Below the pieces are notes generated by a model, which was not told where the DNA came from, searched no databases, and saw only the letters and a program-made list of their open reading frames with translations. Shown in pieces: positions 1 through 9,483 of a stretch of DNA of 64,000 nucleotides. Position 1 is the first letter of the stretch, and every line of letters starts with the position of its first letter. This DNA is from Sedimentisphaeraceae bacterium JB056 (GTDB lineage Bacteria; Planctomycetota; Phycisphaerae; Sedimentisphaerales; Sedimentisphaeraceae): the NCBI GenBank assembly GCA_044440125.1, contig JBITAJ010000003.1:32001-96000 (forward strand). The letters run 5' to 3'. The translations under genes and the position numbers were made by a program.

Positions 1-1359
1 TCTTGTTGCCGGGTCATAAGTACATCTTAACTCTACAATGTTGCCATCATCATCCTTTACAACCTCATTACAAGTAATGAAATAAGCATAACGCAGACGT
101 ACTTCTCTTCCAGGTGCAAGCCTGAAGAACTTTCTTGGAGGCTCTTCCATGAAATCATCACGTTCAATGTATATCTCTTTTGAGAAAGGTACTTTCCTTG
201 TACCTGCTGAAGAATCCTCAGGATTATTCACGGCATCAAGATAATCAATCTCTGCATCTTCAGGATAGTTGGTTATAACCACTTTGAGCGGATTCAAAAC
301 AGCCATCACCCTTGATGATGTAGCGTTAAGGTCTCTCCTGAGACAATGCTCAAGCAACGCCATATCAATAGTACTGTTAAACTTATTAACACCTATCGTC
401 TTGCAGAAATCCCTAATCGCTTCTGGGCTGTACCCGCGGCGTCTCATGCCGGATACTGTAGGCATACGGGGATCATCCCAGCCGTTCACATGCTTTTCTG
501 TAACAAGCCTGAGCAGTTTCCTCTTGCTCATGACAGTATAAGTAAGATTGAGACGTGCAAACTCTATTTGCTGAGGATGATATACCTCAAGTGCATCAAG
601 GAACCAATCATAAAGCGGACGATGATGCTCAAACTCAAGCGTGCATATCGAATGGGTAACACCCTCGACAGAATCTTCAAGCCCATGTGCCCAGTCATAC
701 ATTGGATATATACACCACTTATCACCCTGCCTGTGGTGATGGGCATGCACGATTCTGTACATAATCGGATCACGCATATTAACATTCGGCGATGCCATGT
801 CTATCTTGGCTCTCAAAGTACGGCTTCCATCGGGAAACTCGCCATTCTTCATTCGCTCAAGAAGGTCAAGGTTCTCTTCCGCACTTCTGTCACGATGAGG
901 GCTGAACCGCCCCGGCTCTTTAAGAGTACCACGATATTCCCTGATTTCATCAGGCGTAAGGTCACAAACGTAAGCCTTGCCCTTTTTGATAAGATCGATG
1001 GCATATTCATACATCTTATCGAAATAATCACTGGCAAAATACAGACCGTCGTTCCAGTCCCAGCCGAGCCATTTCACATCTTCGATTATAGACTGTACGT
1101 ATTCATCCTCTTCTTTTGTCGGATTAGTATCATCAAAACGCAGATTACACTGGCCGTCAAATTCCTTCGCTATACCAAAATTCAGGCAAATACTTTTAGC
1201 ATGCCCGATATGGAGATAACCATTGGGTTCAGGCGGAAATCGTGTTATGATCTCCTTATGCTTTCCTGATTCCAAATCGGCAGCAACAATGCTCCGAACA
1301 AAATCGAGTCTCTGTGGAGATTCTTCATTTGCCTCTACGTCTTTAGCAGTATCATTCAC
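1..1359 (-). CDS. glnS: Glutaminyl-tRNA synthetase (3' end runs off the window edge)
   Basis: Manual minus-strand translation from GTG 1359 (AAGGTG upstream; alternative GTG 1368) gives [17 protein letters not shown] (HIGH motif), TVMSKRKL and ...[12 protein letters not shown] at the edge. Absent from the ORF track because the stop lies outside the window. Confidence 0.95.
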   Translation of the reverse strand, partial: MNDTAKDVEANEESPQRLDFVRSIVAADLESGKHKEIITRFPPEPNGYLHIGHAKSICLNFGIAKEFDGQCNLRFDDTNPTKEEDEYVQSIIEDVKWLGWDWNDGLYFASDYFDKMYEYAIDLIKKGKAYVCDLTPDEIREYRGTLKEPGRFSPHRDRSAEENLDLLERMKNGEFPDGSRTLRAKIDMASPNVNMRDPIMYRIVHAHHHRQGDKWCIYPMYDWAHGLEDSVEGVTHSICTLEFEHHRPLYDWFLDALEVYHPQQIEFARLNLTYTVMSKRKLLRLVTEKHVNGWDDPRMPTVSGMRRRGYSPEAIRDFCKTIGVNKFNSTIDMALLEHCLRRDLNATSSRVMAVLNPLKVVITNYPEDAEIDYLDAVNNPEDSSAGTRKVPFSKEIYIERDDFMEEPPRKFFRLAPGREVRLRYAYFITCNEVVKDDDGNIVELRCTYDPATR

Positions 1360-1387
1360 TTTAGTCACCTTAGAACAATTTCAAAAG

Positions 1388-1753
1388 TTACTCAGAATCA
1401 TCTGTATCTGCTACATAAGTACACACAACATCGGTACTTATTCCACCTCTTGGGGTAAAGTCAGATGTAACCGTCATCCACTTAGGCTTGCAGCAATCAA
1501 CAAGATAATCCAAAATTTCATTAGTTAACGCTTCATAGAAAATTCCCTTGTTACGGAAACTTTGCATATAGTATTTTAGGCTTTTCAGCTCAATACACTC
1601 TTTATCAGGGCAGTATTCTATTGTAATCGTACCAAAATCAGGCTGTCCCGTTACAGGGCAAACACTTGTAAACTCAGGAACTCTTGTCGTGATAACATAA
1701 TCACGGCCCGGTCTTGGATTATCAAACAATTCTATTTTAACATTTTCACACAT
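1388..1753 (-). CDS. queF: NADPH-dependent preQ0 reductase (short, unimodular QueF)
   Basis: [25 protein letters not shown] and FTPRGGI motifs; adjacent to queC/queE. Confidence 0.95.
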   Translation of the reverse strand: MCENVKIELFDNPRPGRDYVITTRVPEFTSVCPVTGQPDFGTITIEYCPDKECIELKSLKYYMQSFRNKGIFYEALTNEILDYLVDCCKPKWMTVTSDFTPRGGISTDVVCTYVADTDDSE

Positions 1754-1958
1754 TACATTTGCCTTTAGAACATAAAATTATTATACTAAAAAAAGGCTGC
1801 AACGACAAAAACTTGAGAAATACTGCAACGACATGAAATATATGCAGTTGGTCCTTTCCGTTTAGTATTTTGCCTGTTGCATCAAAATTATCTACTTAGC
1901 GTGTATTTTACGTAAAAACGATAAAAATTAAACTTCAAAATACAAAAATCATAATAAA

Positions 1959-2660
1959 ATGACGCAAGTTAATCACAAAGCAATAGTGCTTCTGAGCGGC
2001 GGGCTTGATTCCTCAACCGTCGCTGCCATAGCAGTTTCAGAAGGTTTTGAATGCCATGCAGTAACATTTTCCTATGGACAACGACACTCTATAGAACTTG
2101 AAGCATCAAAACGAGTGGCTGAAAGCCTACATTTTGCTTCTCACAAAATCATAAATCTCGACCCTGAAACATTCGGTGGTTCGGCACTTACCGACAGCAG
2201 CATCAATGTGCCTAAAGACAGGTCAGACAAGGAGATAAGTGACGGCATACCTGTAACATACGTACCTGTGAGAAATCTCGTATTTCTCAGCTATGCGATG
2301 GCTATCGCAGAAAGCAATGACGCCTTCGACATCTTTATCGGCGTAAACTGCTGTGATTACAGCGGTTACCCAGATTGCCGACCCGAATTTATTGAATCTT
2401 TCACGAAAACAGCAAATCTTGCTGCCGCCGCAAGCGTTAAAGGGAAAGGTAAATACACCATCCACACGCCTATTATAGAGATGACCAAATCTCAAATAAT
2501 AACAGCTGGCACAAAGCTGGGCTTCGATTACTCTATAACTCACAGTTGTTATGATCCTGACAATAAAAACAGACCTTGCGGCAAATGCGACAGTTGCCAA
2601 TTGAGATTAAAAGGCTTTGCTGAGGCAGGCTTAAAAGATCCAGTGGAGTATTCCGAATGA
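1959..2660 (+). CDS. queC: 7-cyano-7-deazaguanine synthase
   Basis: SGGLDS PP-loop, [20 protein letters not shown], and the Zn-binding CY...CGKCDSC. Confidence 0.96.
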   Translation: MTQVNHKAIVLLSGGLDSSTVAAIAVSEGFECHAVTFSYGQRHSIELEASKRVAESLHFASHKIINLDPETFGGSALTDSSINVPKDRSDKEISDGIPVTYVPVRNLVFLSYAMAIAESNDAFDIFIGVNCCDYSGYPDCRPEFIESFTKTANLAAAASVKGKGKYTIHTPIIEMTKSQIITAGTKLGFDYSITHSCYDPDNKNRPCGKCDSCQLRLKGFAEAGLKDPVEYSE

Positions 2661-3337
2661 AAGTTGTAGAAATATTCTACTCTCTTCAAGGAGAAGGCAG
2701 ACTTGCCGGACGACCAAGTGTATTTGTAAGACTTGCCGGTTGCCCACTAAGATGTAAATGGTGTGACACTAAATATGCATGGCCATCAAAATGCGGAGAA
2801 CCTCTTAGCATCAGCGAAATAGTGCTTAGAGTGGAAGAATATAAATGCAAAGATGTAGTAATTACAGGCGGCGAACCATTCGGCAAAGAAGAGTTGCCTG
2901 AACTACTGAAAGAACTGAAGGAAAAAGGCAAATATATTACAGTTGAAACATCTGGCATTGAGTTTGTCAAAGGGCTGCGTATAGATCTTGTCAGCCTGAG
3001 TCCAAAACTGTCAAACTCTACTCCTGTTGAATACGAGCTTGCTTTGCTTCACGAGAAGAACAGACTCAATAAAAAAGCATTGGAAGAGTTCATGGGGAAC
3101 TATAACTGCCAGCTCAAATTCGTTGTGGAGCAGAAAAGCGACATCGATGAGATCAAGCAGTTGCTAAGCGAATGTAAGAACTCTGAAAATGCAGAAGTAA
3201 TGTTGATGCCTCAGGCGGCAGATACAGATGAGTATATTGAAAGATCGGGACAAATCGCAGAGATGTGCATCAACGAAGGTTTCAGTTTTTCCCCAAGGCT
3301 TCATGTACTGCTATGGGGTAACAAAAGAGGAGTATGA
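2657..3337 (+). CDS. queE: 7-carboxy-7-deazaguanine synthase (radical SAM)
   Basis: [20 protein letters not shown] (CxxxCxxC), TGGEP, SPRLH; ATGA overlap with queC. Confidence 0.94.
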   Translation: MKVVEIFYSLQGEGRLAGRPSVFVRLAGCPLRCKWCDTKYAWPSKCGEPLSISEIVLRVEEYKCKDVVITGGEPFGKEELPELLKELKEKGKYITVETSGIEFVKGLRIDLVSLSPKLSNSTPVEYELALLHEKNRLNKKALEEFMGNYNCQLKFVVEQKSDIDEIKQLLSECKNSENAEVMLMPQAADTDEYIERSGQIAEMCINEGFSFSPRLHVLLWGNKRGV

Positions 3338-3387
3338 TCGCCTTATAAGTTTTAATGAAAGCGATTATAAAGTAGGAAGGGACACAG

Positions 3388-4029
3388 ATGAAAATCACAG
3401 CGTTATCGGACATTCACAATAAGCAGATATCTGGTAAATTATTGGAGAATGACATCAAATCTTCTGATCTGGTAGTTATCTCTGGAGACATTACAAGTTT
3501 TGCAAGTGCTAAACGCGCATCAGTAATTCTTGACGAGCTACGCAGCTTGAACAACGCAATAGCAGGAATAACCGGAAATTGCGATACAGAAGAAATAGCC
3601 GCACTCCTGAAAGAATACGGCATATCGGTAAATGGAACTCATCAAAAAATTTGCGGCATTAATATTATAGGAGTCAATGGAGTTGAGAGCGGTCGATTTC
3701 ATGGCAAATTTTACAACGAATTGACCACTGCTGCTGCGACAATTTCACAAGATGAACCGCTGATTCTAATAACCCACCAGCCGTGTGCAGGAACAAAAAT
3801 TTCTGATCGCGGGGGGTATGATGGAGGCAGTTGCGGAATAAGAAAATTCATTACGCAACGAAAACCAATGCTCGCTTTTTCAGGACATATCCATGAAGCA
3901 TTCGGGCAAGATAAGATTGGTCCCACAACTCTTATAAATCCGGGAGCATATACCGAAGGACGCTACGCTGTTGTAGAAGTAGATATCAAAACTCAGAAAA
4001 CAATAAACATCGAGTTTAAGACATGTTAA
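3388..4029 (+). CDS. Calcineurin-like metallophosphoesterase
   Basis: SDIH, GD, GNCD, HQP, GHIHE and NPG motifs. Confidence 0.88.
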   Translation: MKITALSDIHNKQISGKLLENDIKSSDLVVISGDITSFASAKRASVILDELRSLNNAIAGITGNCDTEEIAALLKEYGISVNGTHQKICGINIIGVNGVESGRFHGKFYNELTTAAATISQDEPLILITHQPCAGTKISDRGGYDGGSCGIRKFITQRKPMLAFSGHIHEAFGQDKIGPTTLINPGAYTEGRYAVVEVDIKTQKTINIEFKTC

Positions 4030-4031
4030 AA

Positions 4032-4067
4032 TTTATCGGAGCCGGCTATATTTCCAGCTCCGATAAA
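4032..4067. terminator. Bidirectional intrinsic terminator
   Basis: TTTATCGGAGC...GCTCCGATAAA inverted repeat between convergent genes. Confidence 0.75.
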
Positions 4068-4071
4068 AATA

Positions 4072-5595
4072 TCAATCCAGAACATTCATCTCGCCATAAG
4101 AATCTTGATCGTAATATATCTCCTTTATTGCCTCATTAGCCCATGGCTGATCCTGATAAATCAAACCATCATCAGGATTTTCTGGCATATCTTTCTTAGG
4201 CAGAAGCTTAAAACCATTTTCGTCAACTATGTCATTACGATTGCCATCACGCAAAAAGTCAAGCAATCTATTTCTATACTCCTCCTTGACTTTTGCAAAA
4301 TCTGAAGATTCAGCAAGATTCTTACTTTCCTCAGGATCATTTATCCTGTCAAAGAAATATTCCTTCTGATCAGGTATGCTGTAAAAATATTTCCACTGCT
4401 TGCTAACTGCCATGCAAATAGAATTATCATCATGGGCAAACTCACTGAATACAACCTCTCTTTGAGAATTGCCGGATGCAACCTTCGCAAGGTCTTTTCC
4501 CTGACAGTCATGCGGAGCATCCATATCTGCCGCGGCTGCAATAGTTGGAAGAATATCTACTAAACTTACCGGTTCATAACATATCTTGCCTTTTTCAAAT
4601 ACCTTTGGAAGCGATGCTATCAGCGGTATTCTTGCCGCCTGATCATGCATGGAACGTTTACCAAAACAGCGATTATCCCCAAGGTACTCACCATGATCGG
4701 AAGTAAAAATTATCAAAGTATCATCAATCTGACCAGTTTGTTCCAGATAATCAAGTATCTTACCTATCTGACAGTCAATATAACTTATGCAAGCAAAATA
4801 ATGTGCCCTGATTCTTCTTACAAGATTAAGGTCAAAACCTCTATCCCTAAACTTGTATCGATTCTGAAACTTGTTTATAAACGTATAGTTATCTTCACAA
4901 TCATCATTGATATGCGGCAAAGGCATATCAGTCGCCCTGTAAAGTTTATGCCATGGTGAAGGAGGCGTAAAAGGCGGGTGCGGATGAATGAAGCTGCAAA
5001 ACAACATCCAATTTCGGTCGGGATGAAAAGCCCTCTCGCTTAGAAAAGACATTGCTCTCTGACCAATCCAATTTGTTGGGTGCAGTTGTTGAGACTGCTG
5101 GGAGACCTGCGGAATATAATACATATCACCCCGAACGCCATGAGGGTCGAGAATATGCTTAGTACCTTCCCTGCTGAAAAGCCAGTTCATATAATCATCA
5201 TTTCTCCAGTCATCAATTATCTCTTCCTGAACTTCACGGGTCTCAAATCCTCGCAGTTCAAGCAAATCCGGAGTAAAATGACACTTCCCGATTCCATGCG
5301 TTCTATATCCGGCATCTGTAAGTATGTCCATGAAAGACGATGATTTTGAAGGCATCGAATAATCATTATCAAAACAGCCGGTTGACGATGGATACCTGCC
5401 GTAATGCAGACAACATCTTGCAGGCACACATACAGGAGAAGGAGAGAATGCATTCGAGAAAGCCGTACCACGATCACAGAGTCTGTCAATGTTGGGTGTT
5501 TTTATGTAATCGTTGCCCAGAGCCGCTATCATATCAGCACGCATCTGGTCAACCATAAATACAAGCACGTTGGGCTTATTCAGTACGTTTGTCAT
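4072..5595 (-). CDS. S1 (formylglycine-type) sulfatase, probably cytoplasmic
   Basis: MVDQMR, CVPAR (CxPxR), GKCH, PHPPF, SDHGE. Start moved to ATG 5595 (GGAG upstream). No signal peptide. Confidence 0.9.
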   Translation of the reverse strand: MTNVLNKPNVLVFMVDQMRADMIAALGNDYIKTPNIDRLCDRGTAFSNAFSPSPVCVPARCCLHYGRYPSSTGCFDNDYSMPSKSSSFMDILTDAGYRTHGIGKCHFTPDLLELRGFETREVQEEIIDDWRNDDYMNWLFSREGTKHILDPHGVRGDMYYIPQVSQQSQQLHPTNWIGQRAMSFLSERAFHPDRNWMLFCSFIHPHPPFTPPSPWHKLYRATDMPLPHINDDCEDNYTFINKFQNRYKFRDRGFDLNLVRRIRAHYFACISYIDCQIGKILDYLEQTGQIDDTLIIFTSDHGEYLGDNRCFGKRSMHDQAARIPLIASLPKVFEKGKICYEPVSLVDILPTIAAAADMDAPHDCQGKDLAKVASGNSQREVVFSEFAHDDNSICMAVSKQWKYFYSIPDQKEYFFDRINDPEESKNLAESSDFAKVKEEYRNRLLDFLRDGNRNDIVDENGFKLLPKKDMPENPDDGLIYQDQPWANEAIKEIYYDQDSYGEMNVLD

Positions 5596-5614
5596 CTTTT
5601 GATAAACTCCAGAA

Positions 5615-6397
5615 TCAATTGAATTCAGCAAGCCATGTCTTTAAGACTTCAGCATCCTTTTTGAAATTCTCAGGATCATCATCAACAACAAACTCCATCA
5701 AAGAATACATATCCAAGTCTATTTTGGAAAGTTTCTCAAGATAACATTTCCAATCATCCCAGCCCTGAGCAAGCGGCAATCTGACAGTATGATCAGGCCA
5801 CCAATGGAAACAATGTATGCCTCTTATCCATGGTTTAAGTTTGTCTATACCCTCACTGTTTATCTTGACTCCCGCACCATTAATAGGTTGCCAGTAACTT
5901 TGGAAATTAGGATCGTCAATACTTTCAAGAAGCTCAACAGCAGATTCGTAAGTGTTAGTCAAAGTTCCGCCATGGAACTCATATACCATCGTTACCCCTT
6001 TATCGGCAGCCATTTTGGCAATTTCCTTGCTCTCTGAAATGATCTTGCCGCGGAAATCTGCATCAGCATCTTCTGAATCCTTATTGCCTGCCCAAACACG
6101 TATCTTGTCTGTGCCGAGAGTAAGAGCTGTTTCAAGAACATCCTTGAATTTAAGTCCTTCATCTTCGCTCACACCTACACGAAAATAAGAGCCATAAGCC
6201 GCAACATCTAAACCCGCTTCTTTTGTCTGATCTGCTACTTCACGGGCTACCTCAAGATTTCCATGCGGAACATGAACATCGCCGCCCCACTCAATACCGG
6301 AAAGCCCGGCAGTTTTGACCATTTCGATTACCTGCTTAGTATCAAGCTGTCTGAAGCTTATAGAAACAAGACCTGGACGTATCATAAAATTCTCCAA
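5615..6397 (-). CDS. Sugar phosphate isomerase/epimerase (xylose isomerase-like TIM barrel)
   Basis: GIEWGGDVHVP, IRVWAG, EFHGGTL, YWQP, H..HW, LMEF pattern. Confidence 0.82.
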   Translation of the reverse strand: MENFMIRPGLVSISFRQLDTKQVIEMVKTAGLSGIEWGGDVHVPHGNLEVAREVADQTKEAGLDVAAYGSYFRVGVSEDEGLKFKDVLETALTLGTDKIRVWAGNKDSEDADADFRGKIISESKEIAKMAADKGVTMVYEFHGGTLTNTYESAVELLESIDDPNFQSYWQPINGAGVKINSEGIDKLKPWIRGIHCFHWWPDHTVRLPLAQGWDDWKCYLEKLSKIDLDMYSLMEFVVDDDPENFKKDAEVLKTWLAEFN

Positions 6398-6600
6398 TCT
6401 ATTAAAATTAACATTAATTTAGGTTTGCATAAGACAACTCAAAATTATTCAAACACCTGTCTGGCATAAACTTAAGATATCAATCGCAATACTTTGTATA
6501 TTTATAACAAACCCCAAAAGCAAGTCAATGATTTTCTCCACAAACAACTCAGGCATTATTAAAACGGACTCTTTTTTTACAATATATCAATATTAATTTC

Positions 6601-6629
6601 TTGACTTTTAACCTCCATTTTACTATCGT
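6601..6629 (+). promoter_or_regulatory. Putative sigma70 promoter of the sensor kinase
   Basis: TTGACT-N17-TATCGT, 43 nt before the ATG; GAGG RBS. Confidence 0.45.
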
Positions 6630-6672
6630 TTAGCTTGGTGCGTTACTTAATTTAGTTCATAAGAGGTTAATT

Positions 6673-9282
6673 ATGGTTAAGAAGGTTCGTTCCGGAAAAA
6701 GTGCGGTTTTTTCGGCAGCGGCGTTTTTGCTAATCTCTTTTGCGAGTATCGCGCTCTCAAAAGATTACAGGATCGGCGTTGCGGCAAGTAATATCAATAC
6801 TATCGACGATAAATGGTTGTATACTGCTGAGTATCTCTCAGATCAAATACCCGAAGATAATTTCAGCATAGTTCCATTGTCTTACAATGATTTGGTATCC
6901 GCTTGTCAGGCACGTATAGTTGATTTCACAATTACCGACCCTGCCCTGCTTGTTTATCTCGAAGAAAAGCACGGTTCCCGCTGTGTTGCCACTCTTGCTG
7001 AAACACAAAACGGCCAGAACATAATAGACCAATATTCAAGCACTATCTTCTGTATGAGCGACCGTTATGACATACAAAAGCTGGCGGACTTAAGAAACAA
7101 GCGTATTGCCACGATTGACAGCAACTCATTTGCCGGCTGGTTAATGGCCAAAAGAGAGCTCTTAAATAACGGTATAGACCCTTATAAGAACATACAAAGC
7201 ATCAATTTCACAGGTTCAGAGGAAGCAGTAATTGAAGCAGTCAAGAATGGCAGCTCCGATATAGGTATCGTACCAAGCGGCACACTTGAAAAGATGCACA
7301 GAACAGGACTAATCAACCTTGCTACAATCAAAGTAATCAACGGTATAGATTCCGATGAGCTCAAAATGCTGCACTCAACCCAAACATACCCCCACTGGGG
7401 ATTTAGTGCTTTGGCTCATATAACAGATGAAACAGCAAGATCTATCGCAGTAGAACTGATGGGAATAGCACCGCAGGAAACGCAGCAAATCCCTGTTCAA
7501 TGGTCTGGGTGGACAATAAAAGGCGACTATCAAAAAGTACGCGATTGTCTTAAAAGCATACATTTCACTCCCTACGAAGCAGTCAGTACAGCAGGCGGCC
7601 AGACATTTTTCCAGGTATATTACTGGCCGTTGATAATTATAGCCGTAATCATAGCAATAACATTGATTATCGCTATAAAGACATGGGATATAAAAGACAA
7701 ATTCAATTCACTTAAAACAGAACATGAAAATGAAATAGTCGCAAGAATTAATGATCAATCCGGTCTCGCTCTATCAAATCTTGCTAAAAGCAGATTCATA
7801 GCCAACATGGGACATGAAATCAGAACACCAATGAATGCAATAATCGGATTCTGCGACCTGATGAGTGACTATGAAATAGACCATCAATTGAGATCGTATG
7901 TGCAAAAAATAAGAACAAGCAGCCGCTCACTGCTGCATCTGATTAACGACATCATTGATTTCTCAAAAATGGAAGCCGGCAAGCTCGATGTTGAGCCTGT
8001 AATGTGTGATGTCAAACAAATGATCAAGAATGTCGAAGCAGGTCTTAAGAATTCAGCCAAAGAAAAAGGCATAGAATTCAAGCTCAAGCAGGAAGGAAGC
8101 ATACCCGCTTCAATAATAACTGATCCATTCCGTCTTAACCAATGTTTCACAAATCTTGGCAAGAATGCGATTGAATTCACAGAAAAAGGTCACGTACACT
8201 TTGTTGTATCTTCCTTTGACAGAGACAACAGGTCATATATAAAATTTTCGATTAAGGATACCGGAACAGGTATTGATCGCAAAATGCTGGAGACTATTTT
8301 CGAGCCGTTTTCGCAAGCCAGCCATATAATATCGCAAAAATACGGCGGGCCAGGTTTAGGGCTCTGTATAACAGGTAAATTAGTCAATCTGCTCGGCGGC
8401 ACGCTCGACTGCTCAAGTGAACCGGGTAAAGGTTCGACTTTTACTATTACATTACCGACAGGACTCTCTACAAAAGAAAGCAAAATGCTGGATGCCAAAA
8501 CCATAGAGCACCCGCTTCAGTCTAACAAGGACATGCTGAGCGTAAAATTCGATGGGCGTATACTTGTTGCCGAAGACAGCCTGACAAATCAACTCCTGAT
8601 CAAAATATATCTCGAGAAGATGGGTATAGATGTCGACATAGTAGAAAATGGAGCTTTGGCAGTCGAAAAAGCGCAATCGGAAAAATACGACCTGATATTA
8701 ATGGATATGCTCATGCCTGAAATGGACGGCTATCAGGCTGTATCGATTTTGAAAAAACAAGGCTGCGCGATACCTATCGTAGCTCTTACAGCCAACGCTA
8801 TGAAGGGTGATCTTGAGAAATGCCTTGAAGCCGGATGCGATGAATATATTTCAAAACCTATCGACAGGTCAATATTAACGAACGTACTCAGAAGATACCT
8901 CAAAGTCGCCTTTGACAGCGATGAAAGAACTGGAGCTCCCGGCTACCACAGAAGCCTTCTCATCAAACGTATCATAGAATCATGTGGAGGCGACGAGGAA
9001 ACTGCAAGAATAGCGATAGCAGCGTTCATAAAAGACGGACCTCTGTGCATACGAAGCATGGAAAAGGCTCTTGATCAGGAAAACTTTAACGACATATCTC
9101 TTTACGCCAACAGGCTTAAGATAGCTTCAACCCATATCCTTGCAGAGAAACTGCAGAAGAAAACCGAAGACCTTGAAAATGCGGCCAAAAAAAGTGACTT
9201 TGTTACATGCCAGGATATGTACAGCCAGACAAAGGAGCAGTTTGACAAGGCACTCCAATACCTAAGCCCAGAAGCAGAGTAA
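6673..9282 (+). CDS. Hybrid sensor histidine kinase: PhnD/TtrS-like periplasmic binding domain, TM, HisKA, HATPase, REC, degenerate HPt
   Basis: Signal peptide; TM at YWPLIII; HEIRTPMNAI H-box; DTGTGI and GPGLGL G-boxes; REC LVAED...LMDMLMP...KP; C-terminal HPt-like helix bundle. Confidence 0.92.
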   Translation: MVKKVRSGKSAVFSAAAFLLISFASIALSKDYRIGVAASNINTIDDKWLYTAEYLSDQIPEDNFSIVPLSYNDLVSACQARIVDFTITDPALLVYLEEKHGSRCVATLAETQNGQNIIDQYSSTIFCMSDRYDIQKLADLRNKRIATIDSNSFAGWLMAKRELLNNGIDPYKNIQSINFTGSEEAVIEAVKNGSSDIGIVPSGTLEKMHRTGLINLATIKVINGIDSDELKMLHSTQTYPHWGFSALAHITDETARSIAVELMGIAPQETQQIPVQWSGWTIKGDYQKVRDCLKSIHFTPYEAVSTAGGQTFFQVYYWPLIIIAVIIAITLIIAIKTWDIKDKFNSLKTEHENEIVARINDQSGLALSNLAKSRFIANMGHEIRTPMNAIIGFCDLMSDYEIDHQLRSYVQKIRTSSRSLLHLINDIIDFSKMEAGKLDVEPVMCDVKQMIKNVEAGLKNSAKEKGIEFKLKQEGSIPASIITDPFRLNQCFTNLGKNAIEFTEKGHVHFVVSSFDRDNRSYIKFSIKDTGTGIDRKMLETIFEPFSQASHIISQKYGGPGLGLCITGKLVNLLGGTLDCSSEPGKGSTFTITLPTGLSTKESKMLDAKTIEHPLQSNKDMLSVKFDGRILVAEDSLTNQLLIKIYLEKMGIDVDIVENGALAVEKAQSEKYDLILMDMLMPEMDGYQAVSILKKQGCAIPIVALTANAMKGDLEKCLEAGCDEYISKPIDRSILTNVLRRYLKVAFDSDERTGAPGYHRSLLIKRIIESCGGDEETARIAIAAFIKDGPLCIRSMEKALDQENFNDISLYANRLKIASTHILAEKLQKKTEDLENAAKKSDFVTCQDMYSQTKEQFDKALQYLSPEAE

Positions 9283-9341
9283 TATAAACAATACAGTGCA
9301 ATAAAGATATGAACGTACAATCTGAGATATAATAAACGGTA

Positions 9342-9371
9342 TGTAGAGACGCGATTAATCGCGTCTCTACA
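9342..9371. repeat. Perfect 30-bp GTAG-type REP-like palindrome
   Basis: TGTAGAGACGCGATT|AATCGCGTCTCTACA, intergenic between convergent genes. Confidence 0.8.
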
Positions 9372-9420
9372 ATTTATCACAATTGCTGTTACAGATTTAC
9401 GTTCAATCACAACCCATTAA

Positions 9421-9458
9421 AAAAGGGGGATGAATAAATTAATATTCATCCCCCTTTT
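9421..9458. terminator. Bidirectional intrinsic terminator
   Basis: 16-bp stem AAAAGGGGGATGAATA / TATTCATCCCCCTTTT, with A-run before and T-run after. Confidence 0.85.
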
Positions 9459-9483
9459 GTTTTTTTATATTGCGTTGCTTAGA

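Noticed and set aside
346..1269. 307-aa plus-strand ORF
   Set aside because: Antisense shadow of glnS; no recognisable motifs
1..1359. Glutamyl-queuosine synthetase (GluQ), given the que neighbours
   Set aside because: More than 450 aa with MSKR and an anticodon-binding region indicates true GlnRS
1754..1958. preQ1 riboswitch upstream of queC or queF
   Set aside because: No recognisable aptamer stem-loop plus terminator by eye; an Infernal scan would settle it
1388..3337. que genes as a 7-deazaguanine DNA-modification (dpd) defence system
   Set aside because: No dpdA/tgt-like gene or helicases nearby; housekeeping context beside glnS
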